Part shown: in pieces, positions 24,501 to 36,500 of the stretch
Position numbering within the stretch: the stretch's first letter is position 1
Layout: each line of letters begins with the position of its first letter
Origin: Phoronis australis
Lineage: Eukaryota; Animalia; Phoronida
DNA length: 64,000 nucleotides
Direction of reading: 5' to 3'
Assembly: GCA_002633005.1 (NCBI GenBank)
Contig: NMRA01000117.1
Location: 124,001 to 188,000 of the forward strand
Position numbers and translations under genes: made by a program
Notes under the pieces: generated by a model
Told to the model about the DNA's origin: nothing
Databases searched by the model: none
What the model saw: only the letters and a program-made list of their open reading frames with translations

Positions 24501-27500
24501 AATAACACCTAATCCACAAGTCACAATATTAGCTTGTGATGTCATTAGTTTGAAACATTTGGTAAATGTAGCCAAAATCTTTACTGAACACTCATCCACT
24601 GAGAATTATCAAATTTATTGATAACTGATTTACTAAAATCCTACTTACCAAAAGCTCCGTAAAGAAGAGAAACCAGCTCCTCTCAAAGGCAAACTAACAG
24701 CCAACCCTTCTGGGAAGTTTTGTATTCCAATGCCAATTGCTAGATTCCTGTAGAAACAACGATATGCTTAGTGACCAATAAAATCAAAGTAAAAGTCAAT
24801 GAAATAGTCACATTTTGCAAAACTCAAACCAACTACCTGAATTACACAGTGCACAGCAAACTTAAATGTTATGTCAAAGTCCAGATGATTTAGCAAGCTT
24901 TCTGTAATGTTTATGGGAAAAACAGTTCTGTAACTAATTCCTTTGCAAGTTCATTTTGTTAAGTTAAGTGTCATCCTGGGTTTCCTGCAATATGAAACTG
25001 TATTTTCCTCAACACTGCTCACTTTGCAGAGACAAAATTGCCTGTTGGAGAACATCCTGACTGTGTCAGTTGCACGTTTTGCGGCGATCGTCACTCAAAG
25101 GGATCCTGTATTTTGAGAGCCACTTTCATGCCTATTATTCAGTGGAGAACTGGTTCTCAAAATATGGAACCCATATTCCAGTGAAGTGGTGTAGGTACTG
25201 CTCAACTGAACTGTGACTACTAGAGAAGATTGAATGTTAACATTATTTCGGTGCATCTTAATCACCATTCTCAGTTCGTGTTATTTATTTACATCCGACC
25301 ATTTTCTGTACAACTACCGGTAGTTTCTATATTCACTTAAAGGTGGCACTGCATACCTTTATTTGGACAGTTACACTTAATTTAATGACTAGTGACTACT
25401 ATTCCTGTTATTCAACGATTTTTCCGGTCCAAACTTCACAGACCTCGTTTGCAAATTGCCAACCGTTTTCAGGATTTTCATTTACAATAGAACTGTTTGC
25501 AATAGATGATGACATTCCATAACATTGGACAGCCCTTAAAAAATGATTTCCGAGATTAAACCCAATTCTGTCCAATCCTGAGGAAACATTTGATTCATAC
25601 CACTTGCCACAATAAAGTGGGTCTCAACTTGTCCCTTACTCAGATGACATTACAAACAAACCATTAAGCTAAGCTATTTACACTGGTGTGTCAATCAGGT
25701 TGATTCCACGCGGGGAAGTTTTACTATTGCTAGCTAACATTTTCAAACTTTCCATTAGTTATTTTGCCCTACGTTATAGTAATTATTTAACACCAATTAG
25801 AATATATTTATCAAATCTCCAAAACGCGAGGGAAATTTGTCACGTGACCTCCTACCACCTCGCAAGAAGTCTACCATGGTTCAGATGGTAGTGGTCAATT
25901 TGTGTTCTTTGATGATGGATTGGTTGAAATACATTGCTGTGAATGGCACCCATCTGCTCTATCCTTAATCTTTATCCACTCATCTGGAATGCTTTCATAC
26001 CCAACTTGGTTCATGCACATACTGCACATGTTTATCCAAAATGCTTTCATATACACTAACTGAATGTCTGACATGTCAGCTTGTGGTGAACCATCAGCAG
26101 AATCATGCATGGGCAAACAGAGGAGATAACTCTCATTTATTCTCAGTGTGTCCACATCGTTACAACAATCCATAAGGAAAATAGCTTTTAAAAATCTAAA
26201 CGATTAATGTATTGGTTATTTATGATAATAGTTTCACTTATCAGCTTCATCTTAATTGTTTACATTCACTGGACTGGCAAACAGGGAATAGTTTACAAGG
26301 ATTTTAACTTTGTTCTGAACATTGATTATTATTCATGGCCACGCACTAAGGTAATCAAGTGTTACAAACTGGATTACAGTTAATTGTAAATTTCACTGCT
26401 AAGTTAGAGTCTAACTGCAATGTGAAACATTACATTGATTTCAGTTGCTTTACTGATAAGGAAAGTACTAGCGTGCAGTTACTTTAAATGGCTAAGAAAC
26501 ACAAAGGATGGAATGTCCAGAAGCAAGAGTGAACATTCTTGAAAGGCAGTCTTGAATAACGTAACAACCCACATCCAAACATCATTCCTCAGCTTACCTG
26601 GCATTTTCAAATGTTGCAGTTTTTGTTTTTCCTATTGCACCAAATCCTACACCCACAGCTAAACCCTCTGAAAATATCACATCAATGTATCAGATTCAAA
26701 ACAAAAGGAGATACAGGCTTTGCACAAAATTGTTTTCAGAAATGAATGGACCAAATGTCCTGACTTATGTAATGTCAATCGGAAATTCTGAAAACAAATC
26801 AAACCAATCCAATCCAATGGCCAATCAAAACTATCAGAGGGGAGATGGGAAATGATATTTGGGAATTTCAGATTCATTGAAACTTAGCATAATAAAACTC
26901 AGTTTGCAGCTTTCCCCATTAATTATTTTTACATGCTCTGAAGGTTAAATTATTGGTCAATTTCAGTGGCACAGTGTCCTCAAGGGATTGAAACTTTCCT
27001 CAGGTCATGGACATTATCCATATTTTTGCTAAATTTAGAAATTAATAGTTTTCTCCATTTGCTCTAATTACAATACAGAAGTAAAAAAGAATTTGTATGA
27101 ATAAAAAGTTGTGAATCTGCACGATAACATCACTAAACAAACGGTTTCACACTTGACACTTTAAACAATAAAACCACAAACTTATTTAAAAAATCCAGGT
27201 TGTTTCTCATTGGAACACGCGATAAACACAGAGTGTTGAGATGCACCAACCATGTGCATTGCAAACAATTCAGATGTATGAGGAACCGAATTTTCAAATG
27301 TGTCTATGGAAGATGGATCCATTCAAAACTCAACAGCAGCTGTGCTCTCCGTATTAAGGACACATAGGTCAAATTTCATAAAGATCCATCAAAGAACTTG
27401 TTAAATATTAAAGGCAGACACAACAACAATTCACCACTACAGGAGGATGCCATAGTATTCAGATCTCTCTGCAAGCCATGCCTTCCTCAATAGTCCTTTT

Positions 27501-30500
27501 GTGAGTTAACAACAATAGCGCGAGATTCTGTGAGGCTTAACTGTGACATCACCACAAGTAGGGCAAAAGCTTGTCGTTTGGCCATATGCCAGATACGTTA
27601 GCAGAGTGTATTCTACTGTTTACTTCGAGTTTTTAATCTTTTAGTGTGAAAAATGTCAAACAAGCATTGCTGTTATGGAAAATGAAATTCAGATTCGCAC
27701 TGCGATACGTTCCATCGCGTTCTATACTAATTTCGTCCCGTGTATTATAAACGGGCGGTAGGCGAAATCCGTTCACTGATTAAGTTTTCACCTCGTCAAA
27801 AATACATTCTACACCTAAAATTATGACCTTAAAAGGAGCTTACTTTCTTCAGTGATCCTTTCTGCTTCTAAACATATCTTCGATGAAGCATACCTATGGG
27901 AATTCAGGTGACTTTGACGAAGAATTCCAACTCCACTTTTGGTTACTGTTAACTTTGATCGCGTGCGCGATGACCAAAAAGTATTTCAATTGAGTCAGGC
28001 GAGTATGAGGCAAAGGCTAGCGCAAGACTGAGCGAAGCGCGTGACCTGGCACGTGACACTTGCAAAATAGCATGGGAAGATATCAAGTGAAATTTATAAG
28101 ATTTGTGTCCCTTGGACTTTTTGTTCGTCAACAGGCATGACTTCACGTAATTTCCTCAAAATGGCTCCCGGTGAGAGAAACTCGAGCGGACCGCGAGGTT
28201 TTCATGGATAAGTTCAAGTTATTTGTAGACTATATTGTATCAAGAGACATTTGATTTTGTTTGCTGTATTTTGAAATTAGTAACTTTTTATGGCGATATG
28301 CTATTGCCACTGTATGCCTGCGGCATTCATGCCTAGCCATTCATGCCTAGCCATTCATGCCTAGCCATTCATGCCTAGCCATTCATGCCTAGCCATTCAT
28401 GCCTAGCCATTCATGCCTAGCCATTCATGCCTAGCCATTCATGCCTAGCCATTCATGCCTAGCCATTCATGCCTAGCCCAGATCAACTTCCAATTTCAGT
28501 CCGTTCACAGCTTCGCACAACATAACAAGTCCACATTTTCTTCATCCATTCGCAGTTATTCCACGATCCATCTACCATATCTAAGTTGTGTTAACGTTTT
28601 AAGAATAAAATTCACTATAAGATTTAGCATGTGTAGCAAAGACTGGGACTTGGGGCAAAACAAAAGCAATATGGCGGGTTTTGACCTCATTGCGGTGACG
28701 TCACATTGGCAAACTAGGGACTCGCAAGTGAGCTATTGGAACACACACGCCAAATTTCATGAAGATCATAACCAAAGAACAAAACTGAGTGAGGACTTCC
28801 TCTCTTGGTTTAGTTGGCTCATGCTACAAATCAACCTTGCCTGGTTTAACTGAAACATTGTTTCTACCTTGCGAAACTATTGGGTGAGTTTGTCGTTATT
28901 GTAAACAAATAACCATAATTTGTTATTTTTGGAAATTTAGTCCCTGAATTACTGACATTGAATGAAAAGGTCCCAATTTATTTTCAATAATATCAAGAGT
29001 TCAACAATGAGTTTACTCTCTGGATCAATGGTAAAAGTTAACTTGGTAATGACAAGAAAAAAAACAAAAGCAACGCTGGGACATTGACATGCACTGTAAT
29101 GCATTGTAAACACATAAAAGTCTTACCAAACGATAACACACTATTTGCACCACCCAATTACTCCTACTTACCAGGTATATTGTGTATAGTGATAGCTATA
29201 ATCAGTAAGAGAATCCTTCTCCAACTAGTGGTTTTCTTAACCTCTGTGCTCCGTGAGTAATCCTGTTGAAATTTAACATCCTTTGCACCACTTCCACCTA
29301 CTCCCCTCCGTCGTGCCTCAGATCTGCTAACGCCATCACCTGCTTGTAAAACAAAAGCAAACTATTCACATTTATTCTAATGTTTTGACAATAAGTGTTC
29401 ACCTGTGAACTTTACTATCAGATACAAGTAAGTTGATTCACTATTTAGTGACAGCAAAATATAGCTACAAGCTGCACAGTACTACTCAAATCCTACTAAA
29501 TAATTTCATTTAATTGGCAAGTCAAATTTCAAGAGAATTTCACCAGACACAATTGAGTACTACTTACGACATACAATACAATGATTTAATAATAATGCTT
29601 TTGATCGTCAATAGCTGCTAACGTTCTCAGAATGATGGTTAGGTGGACTTGTAGTCACGCGATGAAGTTCCCACCTTGGGCGACGGAATACAATGTCATA
29701 AATGCTAGAAAGATGGCTGCAGCCATTGACAAGTTGAAAATGATCAATTTATTGTAAGTACTCGATTGTGTCTCATGACATTCGTCTGAAAAATACTCAG
29801 ATTCCTTTGATGCCATCCAATAAATACTCTTGTTGACACCAACACAACTACTATATTTCACCACCATCCTTCTTGAAACTTAAAGGATACAGTTGTGGAC
29901 AACAGACACATACACCAACAATAAGTCTTCACAAAAAAATAAGTAAGCATTCACATATATAATTGACCTATCGCAAGCTCCGCCCTTTGCGAAAAGTCAT
30001 GTGACACCCGAAAATGTCAGAGACAAATACACTGTCGCTAAACGACATTACTAGTAGAACCGATGTTTTTTGCACTAACCGAAAATATTTCGCCAAACAC
30101 TGAGTCAAACAGGTGACACCTTGATTCATTGAAGAACGCTGGCAGTTTGAAGTCATATCGTTCTTGGAATAAACCAATAATGCAGGTGAAAAACATCAGC
30201 ACTTTTAGACAATGTTTAGGAATGAGCTAATAAACAAGGCACACAATGTTTGACACTGTTAAGTCTAATACTTAGATTGCATATTAAGGTTATCTCAAAC
30301 CTTATTTAGTGGCCTCCATTCTAACTCGTATATCAAACAAGAGCAACGTGGGGTGTTGAAATGCGCCCACGAATGCACCGCTAATACGGTGTGCTTCTAG
30401 GGGAATTAATTTGGAACATAAAAATGGAAATTAGATAGCGCAAAATATGTCGAATCCATCCAAGAACTTGTATGTGTCATTAAAGCTATTTACCAAATTT

Positions 30501-33500
30501 CATAAAAATCCGTCAAGGAACTTCTGAAAAAACAGAGGAAAATGAAAACATGAAATTTCCACTAAGAGGCTGTAAGCACAAAAAAAAACATAACTGCCAC
30601 TAAGAGGCACCAAAGAAGATATAAAGTCATCGGAAAATCATCATCAGACTTCCTCTTCCCATTAGGAACTTAAAGGCCAATTTTCACAACCATCCTTAGA
30701 GTGGTTTGGTTGACAGAGGGGCAGACGCCAAATAACAAGACTCGAAAACAGTAAAAATGGCCACAAGGTAGCGCAAAATGCCTCGAATTTTACCGATAGC
30801 GTCACCTCACTAATAGATGCCTAACTGCCAAGTTTTATGAAAATCCATTGACGACCCTTTAAGATACAGAGGTAAACGTAAAAAACTAAAATTGCCACTA
30901 GAAGGCACACCGGTAGCCCGAGCCGTCCGAAAGTCATCACCCTCTGTTGTCAACTTCATATAAATACACCAGCAAAATTCAACAAAAATCCTGTGGAGCA
31001 TTTAGGAGATACAGCCATGGGTGCAAAAACAAACAAAACTGCCACTAGGTGGCACCATAGTATTCCAAATAACCGGAAAATCATCGTCAGCTCCCCTCTT
31101 CACAGTAAGAACATATATGTCAATTTTCAAAATCATCCCTAGAGCGGTTTGGTTTATAGAATGACGGACGCCAAAAAACAGACTCAAAAATAGTAAAAAC
31201 TGCCACTAGGTGGCGAAAATTACCCCGAATCCGTCCGAAAACTGAAGGATGTCATCTTCACACTAATAGATGTCTAACTGCCAAATTTTATGAAAATCCG
31301 TTGAGGACTTCCAAATCTACAGAGGCAAGCGTAAAAAAATTAAAATTGCCACTAGGGGGGGCACACCAGTAGTCGGAGAGGTCAGAAATTTGTTGTCATC
31401 TGTCGTCACCTTCATGGGAACACATTTGCCAATTCTCATTCGCATCCTGTGAGGGGTTTTATGAGTTACAGCCATGGGCGCAACAACAAACATAACTACC
31501 ACTAGGAGCCGCTACAGTTGTCCAAGTCGTCGGAAAATCATCGTCAGTCGATCTCTTCACAGTAACAACATATATGCCAATTTTCAAAATCATCCCTACA
31601 GGGGTCTGATTGATAGAATGGTGGACGCCATAAAACAGATTCGAAAACATAAAAAATGGCCCCAAGGTGGCGCAAAGTACATCAAATCCGTCCGAACGGA
31701 AAGATGGCATCATCTCACTAATAGGTGCCTAACTGCCAAATTTTATGAAAATCTATTGAGGACATCCGAAGATACAGAGGTAAGCGTAAAAATTAAAATA
31801 GGGGGCACACCGGTACTCGTCAGCTTCATAGGAACACATCTGCCAAATCTTATCAAGATCCTACGAGGGGTTTAGGAGATACAGCTGTGGACGCCGGACG
31901 CCCAGACAGAGATGACAGCAATATGCGACCACTTATAAATATGTGGGTGCATAAAAACTAAGCTTTGTCAACTGGTAAAACTATATATTTTCTGAAAGAT
32001 AAAAGATCAAGGAATATACAAATATGTTTTGTATTTATGTACCATCATTATTATTACGTTAACAGCTTTTTTAAGTCAAAATTTCATTTTTAAGAAAGGT
32101 ACAATCGTAGCAAAATAACCCCTCTGTTGATTTTAATGAAACCTTTCTTAAATGAAAACTTCAACAGTTACCTCAAAAATACTGTTAGGAATTTTCAGTT
32201 AGTCTTATCGTTTGGTTTCTATGGCAAATCAACTCGCAAAACGAAAGTATTTTTGTAAAAAATCGAAGTCATATTCGTCTTTGTTACATTACGCAAAAAC
32301 TAGGCCTTTATACCAAAAATCCTAAAAAGTGTTTTTGAGAATGATGTTTAAGTTTGGAAAGTTTTATCATAATCCACTGAGCCGTTTTCAAGAACTTGTG
32401 TTCCTTAGTTCAAATAAAGTCGATTTGACGAAGCCGAGAAAAACTTTGACGCGTGAAAATCTCAAAGTTAATCATTCGGTGAAAACTGGTTTTCGTTAAA
32501 TATAACCTATACATTCCTTAACCATGTCAACTATTTCAACATTTACTCGGAATGTCAACTTACTTTGCAGTGCACAAATATCTAATTATCATTAAAACAT
32601 ACCATTACCAGCCAGGAGGTAGGATCAGTTGTTCCTGTTGTTATACACATAGTCTGTACACCTCACGTGCCAAGAGACTGATACGAAACCAAGTAAGAAA
32701 TGTCTAACAAAAATTGAGTCGGTGGTTAAAGCATGTCGTTAGCATGAGATAGAAACAGTGAAATGGGTGAGGATTTATCTCTTCACAACTTGTCGCATTC
32801 ATGACCACGCAGGCGTGAGGCACCTCACAGCATTCATGACCACGCAGGCGTGAGGCACCTCATAGCATTCATGACCACACAGGCGTGAGGCACCTCACAG
32901 CATTCATGACCACGCAGGCGTGAGGCACCTCACAGCATTCATGACCATGCAGGCGTGAGGCACCTCACAGCATTCATGACCATGCAGGCGTGAGGCACCT
33001 CACAGCATTCATGACCACGCAGGCGTGAGGCACCTCACAGCATTCATGACCACACAGGCGTGAGGCACCTCACAGCATTCATGACCACACAGGCGTGAGG
33101 CACCTCACAGCATTCGTTCTCAAGAGTCGTATAAAAGTAGTCGCACAACTCCCTCAGGATCAAAACTACGTTTTGTCTTTATTTTTCCTGACACTTGTTT
33201 ACATTTTTTATTTTAAGTTCCCGGAGAATGAAGATAAGGTATTTAGCTAGAAACGTGAAATATTGTAAAAATGGTCAATTTTTGTGAATAACATTTGAGA
33301 TATCCTTAAACAGTTATTATAATTTCGATGCCAAATTAATTTCCTATTAAAAGGTTGACATTCATTTGAAAGCCATAGTTGATTGGTTTCAAGTTGATGA
33401 CTTATTAAAATGTTTACCCACAAGGTCATTATGGCAAACCAAGACATAAATGATCAATGCTCAAGTTAGTCACCTCACTACTTGTCTTTCTACATTTAAA

Positions 33501-36500
33501 CTATAGTTTTCCCCATTCTCAGATCTGTCCTCAAAGAGTAGAAGGTGGAACCCCAAGACAAGCTATACTAACCCAGACGATGATACATGAGATGTCAAAA
33601 TATGTTAACATTATTAATACATTTGGTATAAATAACACGAATACACAGCAAACATTTGATCAGTCATTCAACAGTAATAAGAGATCTCCATTACTGCAAC
33701 TGTTTCCAAGGCAGCCGTTCAACAGCTGTTGTCCAGCTTTGTGGCCCACAACAGACTAAGATCAATACTATCACACTTTAGTAACTCATCAAATACAATT
33801 AAAACTCACTCAACATACACTGACCACTGTTAGATGATGGGCATCATTACTCAACCAGGTGAACAACTTGATGTGCAAATTTTACACCAAAACACTTCAG
33901 GGAACTCACTCTAATACTTCTCCCTATGTTGCAAAGCCACTTGGGCCCTTCTACAGTGGTTTGATAGTTAATTCCTGTGAAAACTGCTTCACACTCTACA
34001 AGTATTCCAAGATAATTATACAACTCCTACGCCAACATTTAGGATTTTGTTACCCCAACCAATTCACATGTTCTTAGCTTAGTCACAATGCTGAAGGAAT
34101 CTTATTGATTGCTAATTTCTCTTACAATCCATTGATTTTAAAAATTCAAAGACCGGTACTACTAACTTTTCAATTTTAATAACAGTCATGTTGGTCGTTT
34201 GCCTTACTTACTGTGCGTTATTTGACTTTTAAACTTGCACGCTAAACAGGCGTGTTGGTTTACGACTGCAATTATCTCATCCAACATGATCAGCCAAGCC
34301 CATGAACAGTGACTAGCTTACTTTAATCCATGACAGCGTCATCAAGCCTTTGATGTGTCAAGGAATTCGCTGGATACTCTGGGGTAAACAGCGCACGCTT
34401 TCTTCTGTACTTGCGTGTTAGCGTAAGATTTGCCTAATATTGCAGGGTCTTGGACCATGAGTCAGGCAACATAAAACTGACACAGAGAACCTGCCACCAC
34501 TGCTGCTATTCTGTACTTAAAAATCTCTCCAAGGGCAATAGTCAGATATTACGAGCCCAAATTTTGAGAATCATTTTGATGGCCAGTATTCAATGGAGAA
34601 CACTGGTTCTCAAAATACATCCAACTATTACGCTCTTTAAGGATCTCTGCAGAACTTTTATTGTGAAGGGTATCAACCCAGATCACAAGCCCTTTAACAT
34701 GATCAGGAGTAATTTAGTACACCCTAAGGACAAACCTGCAGTGTAGTGGTGTATCACACAGGGCTTGGAATGACCAATGACAAAAAACGCGGAAACTTTT
34801 ACGGCCCAAATCATGTGCGCTACCAGCCTTGAAATGGTCGATGTGAAACAAAAATCTGGACTAAAAAAAAAAAATGTTACCACCATCAGTAGCATGCGTC
34901 TGCGTCCTTTTAGCTCGTCCGTCCAATCCCAACCCACACATTTTTGGCTGCAGAGCCGTGGTATTTGTCGCCGCGGTTTACAATGACACGAGACGCCATT
35001 GAAAATCCCACCACGCTATCCCAGATGCCCCGGCAATGTTGACAATTTACGTTCCTCCGAAACATAAAGAGCAACTTCCGCTTTTCGAGGTGAACGTCGT
35101 CTGCAACGCCGCGGTAAGAAAGGAATTTGCCGCGGAAATTTTATATCAAATCCAATTTTTTTTTTACGCGGATATATAATAAAATGCGCGGACAGAACAT
35201 TTGAAAAAAAACGGAAATCCGCGTTTCCGCGGAAAATTCCAAGCCCTGATCACATTTTGTGGAATTGTGAAAACTCTTCGATTGGTGAGACTGTAGTGAA
35301 ATTCTCAACACCAAAGTTTAGTGGAATAATAAAGTTTCAAATATTTCATTTTGAATATTATTATTCATTCCTTAGTTTAAATCATACCTCCAAGATCTCC
35401 ATCTTCCACTACTGTTAAATTAACAGAGTCTTCCTCATTTTTCTTCGATGACATTGGGTCTGCTTCCATTGCCAAAGCCATGTTTGGATCTGATGTTATA
35501 CCCTGAAATGTTATCATTTGAGTAGTATTGTATTTTACCACTAACAAAACTGTTCACAGATCAGACGAACAGTAAAGCGATATTTAAAAGTAAAGTACAA
35601 TTGGTGCTCTGACAGCAAGTGACATTAGGGAACTCGATAACTATATTTCGGGGGTCGAAGTTCAGACTAATTCCCATCTGAAAAACAGTTAACAAGACTA
35701 ATACAAAGCATTGAAATGCGCCCATAAATACAAGTAGAGGTCATAATAAACATAGCCACTAGAGGGAGCTATACCAGTAAACTTAAAATAGCCTCCAGGG
35801 GATGCAAAGCAAGTCAGCTACGCTATCCTCAGTAGGAAAACAACCATCATATATCATCAAGATCCCTCACGCAGTTTGGCGGATAGGAAGGCGGGTGATA
35901 AAAACAAAGTAACACAAAAACAAAAAAGCCCCTAGAACGCACAGCGTTGGCCAAATCCATCTGAAATGGAGCAGATGCCATCGCTACCATGATAGGAACA
36001 TATTTGCCTATTAGATCAATCAAACAACTTGGAAGATATTGCGCCCAGGCAAAAAAGCAAAACTGGCACTAGAGGACGCCACAGAAGTTGCATCAACACA
36101 AAAATTATGGTCAGCAGTGCTCTTCTCAGGAATTTGGCGGATAGAGAGGCACATGCCATAAAACAAACTCAAGGTAGCGTAAAATATGTTGAAACACATC
36201 CAGAAATGGAAAGGTTCATCGTCTTCTTTATAGTAACCTGCTTGTCAAATTTCGTGGAAATCTGTTGCAGAAGTCCAAAGATATGGAGGAAAACGTAATA
36301 AAATTAAAACTGCCAGTAACGAAGTAGTCAAATCCGTCTGAAAATTGTAGTCAACTAGTGTCTTGTTCCTAGGAATAAACTTGCCAAATTTTATAAAGAA
36401 CCTGCTAAGGCTTTAGGAGATACAGCCACAGATGCAAAACAAAACTGCCAATAGGGGTGCCACAGTAGTTAGACATTTTAACATGTGCTCTTCTCAGTTA

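Noticed and set aside
28455-28853. 132-aa ORF on +
   Set aside because: It begins in a minisatellite, has no recognisable domain, and is antisense within an intron.
31474-31875. 133-aa ORF on +
   Set aside because: It lies within a non-coding HINE-like repeat and has no protein motif.
32795-33115. CRISPR-like array (35-bp partly palindromic repeats)
   Set aside because: The units abut with no unique spacers, no cas genes are present, and it lies in a eukaryotic intron; it is a minisatellite.
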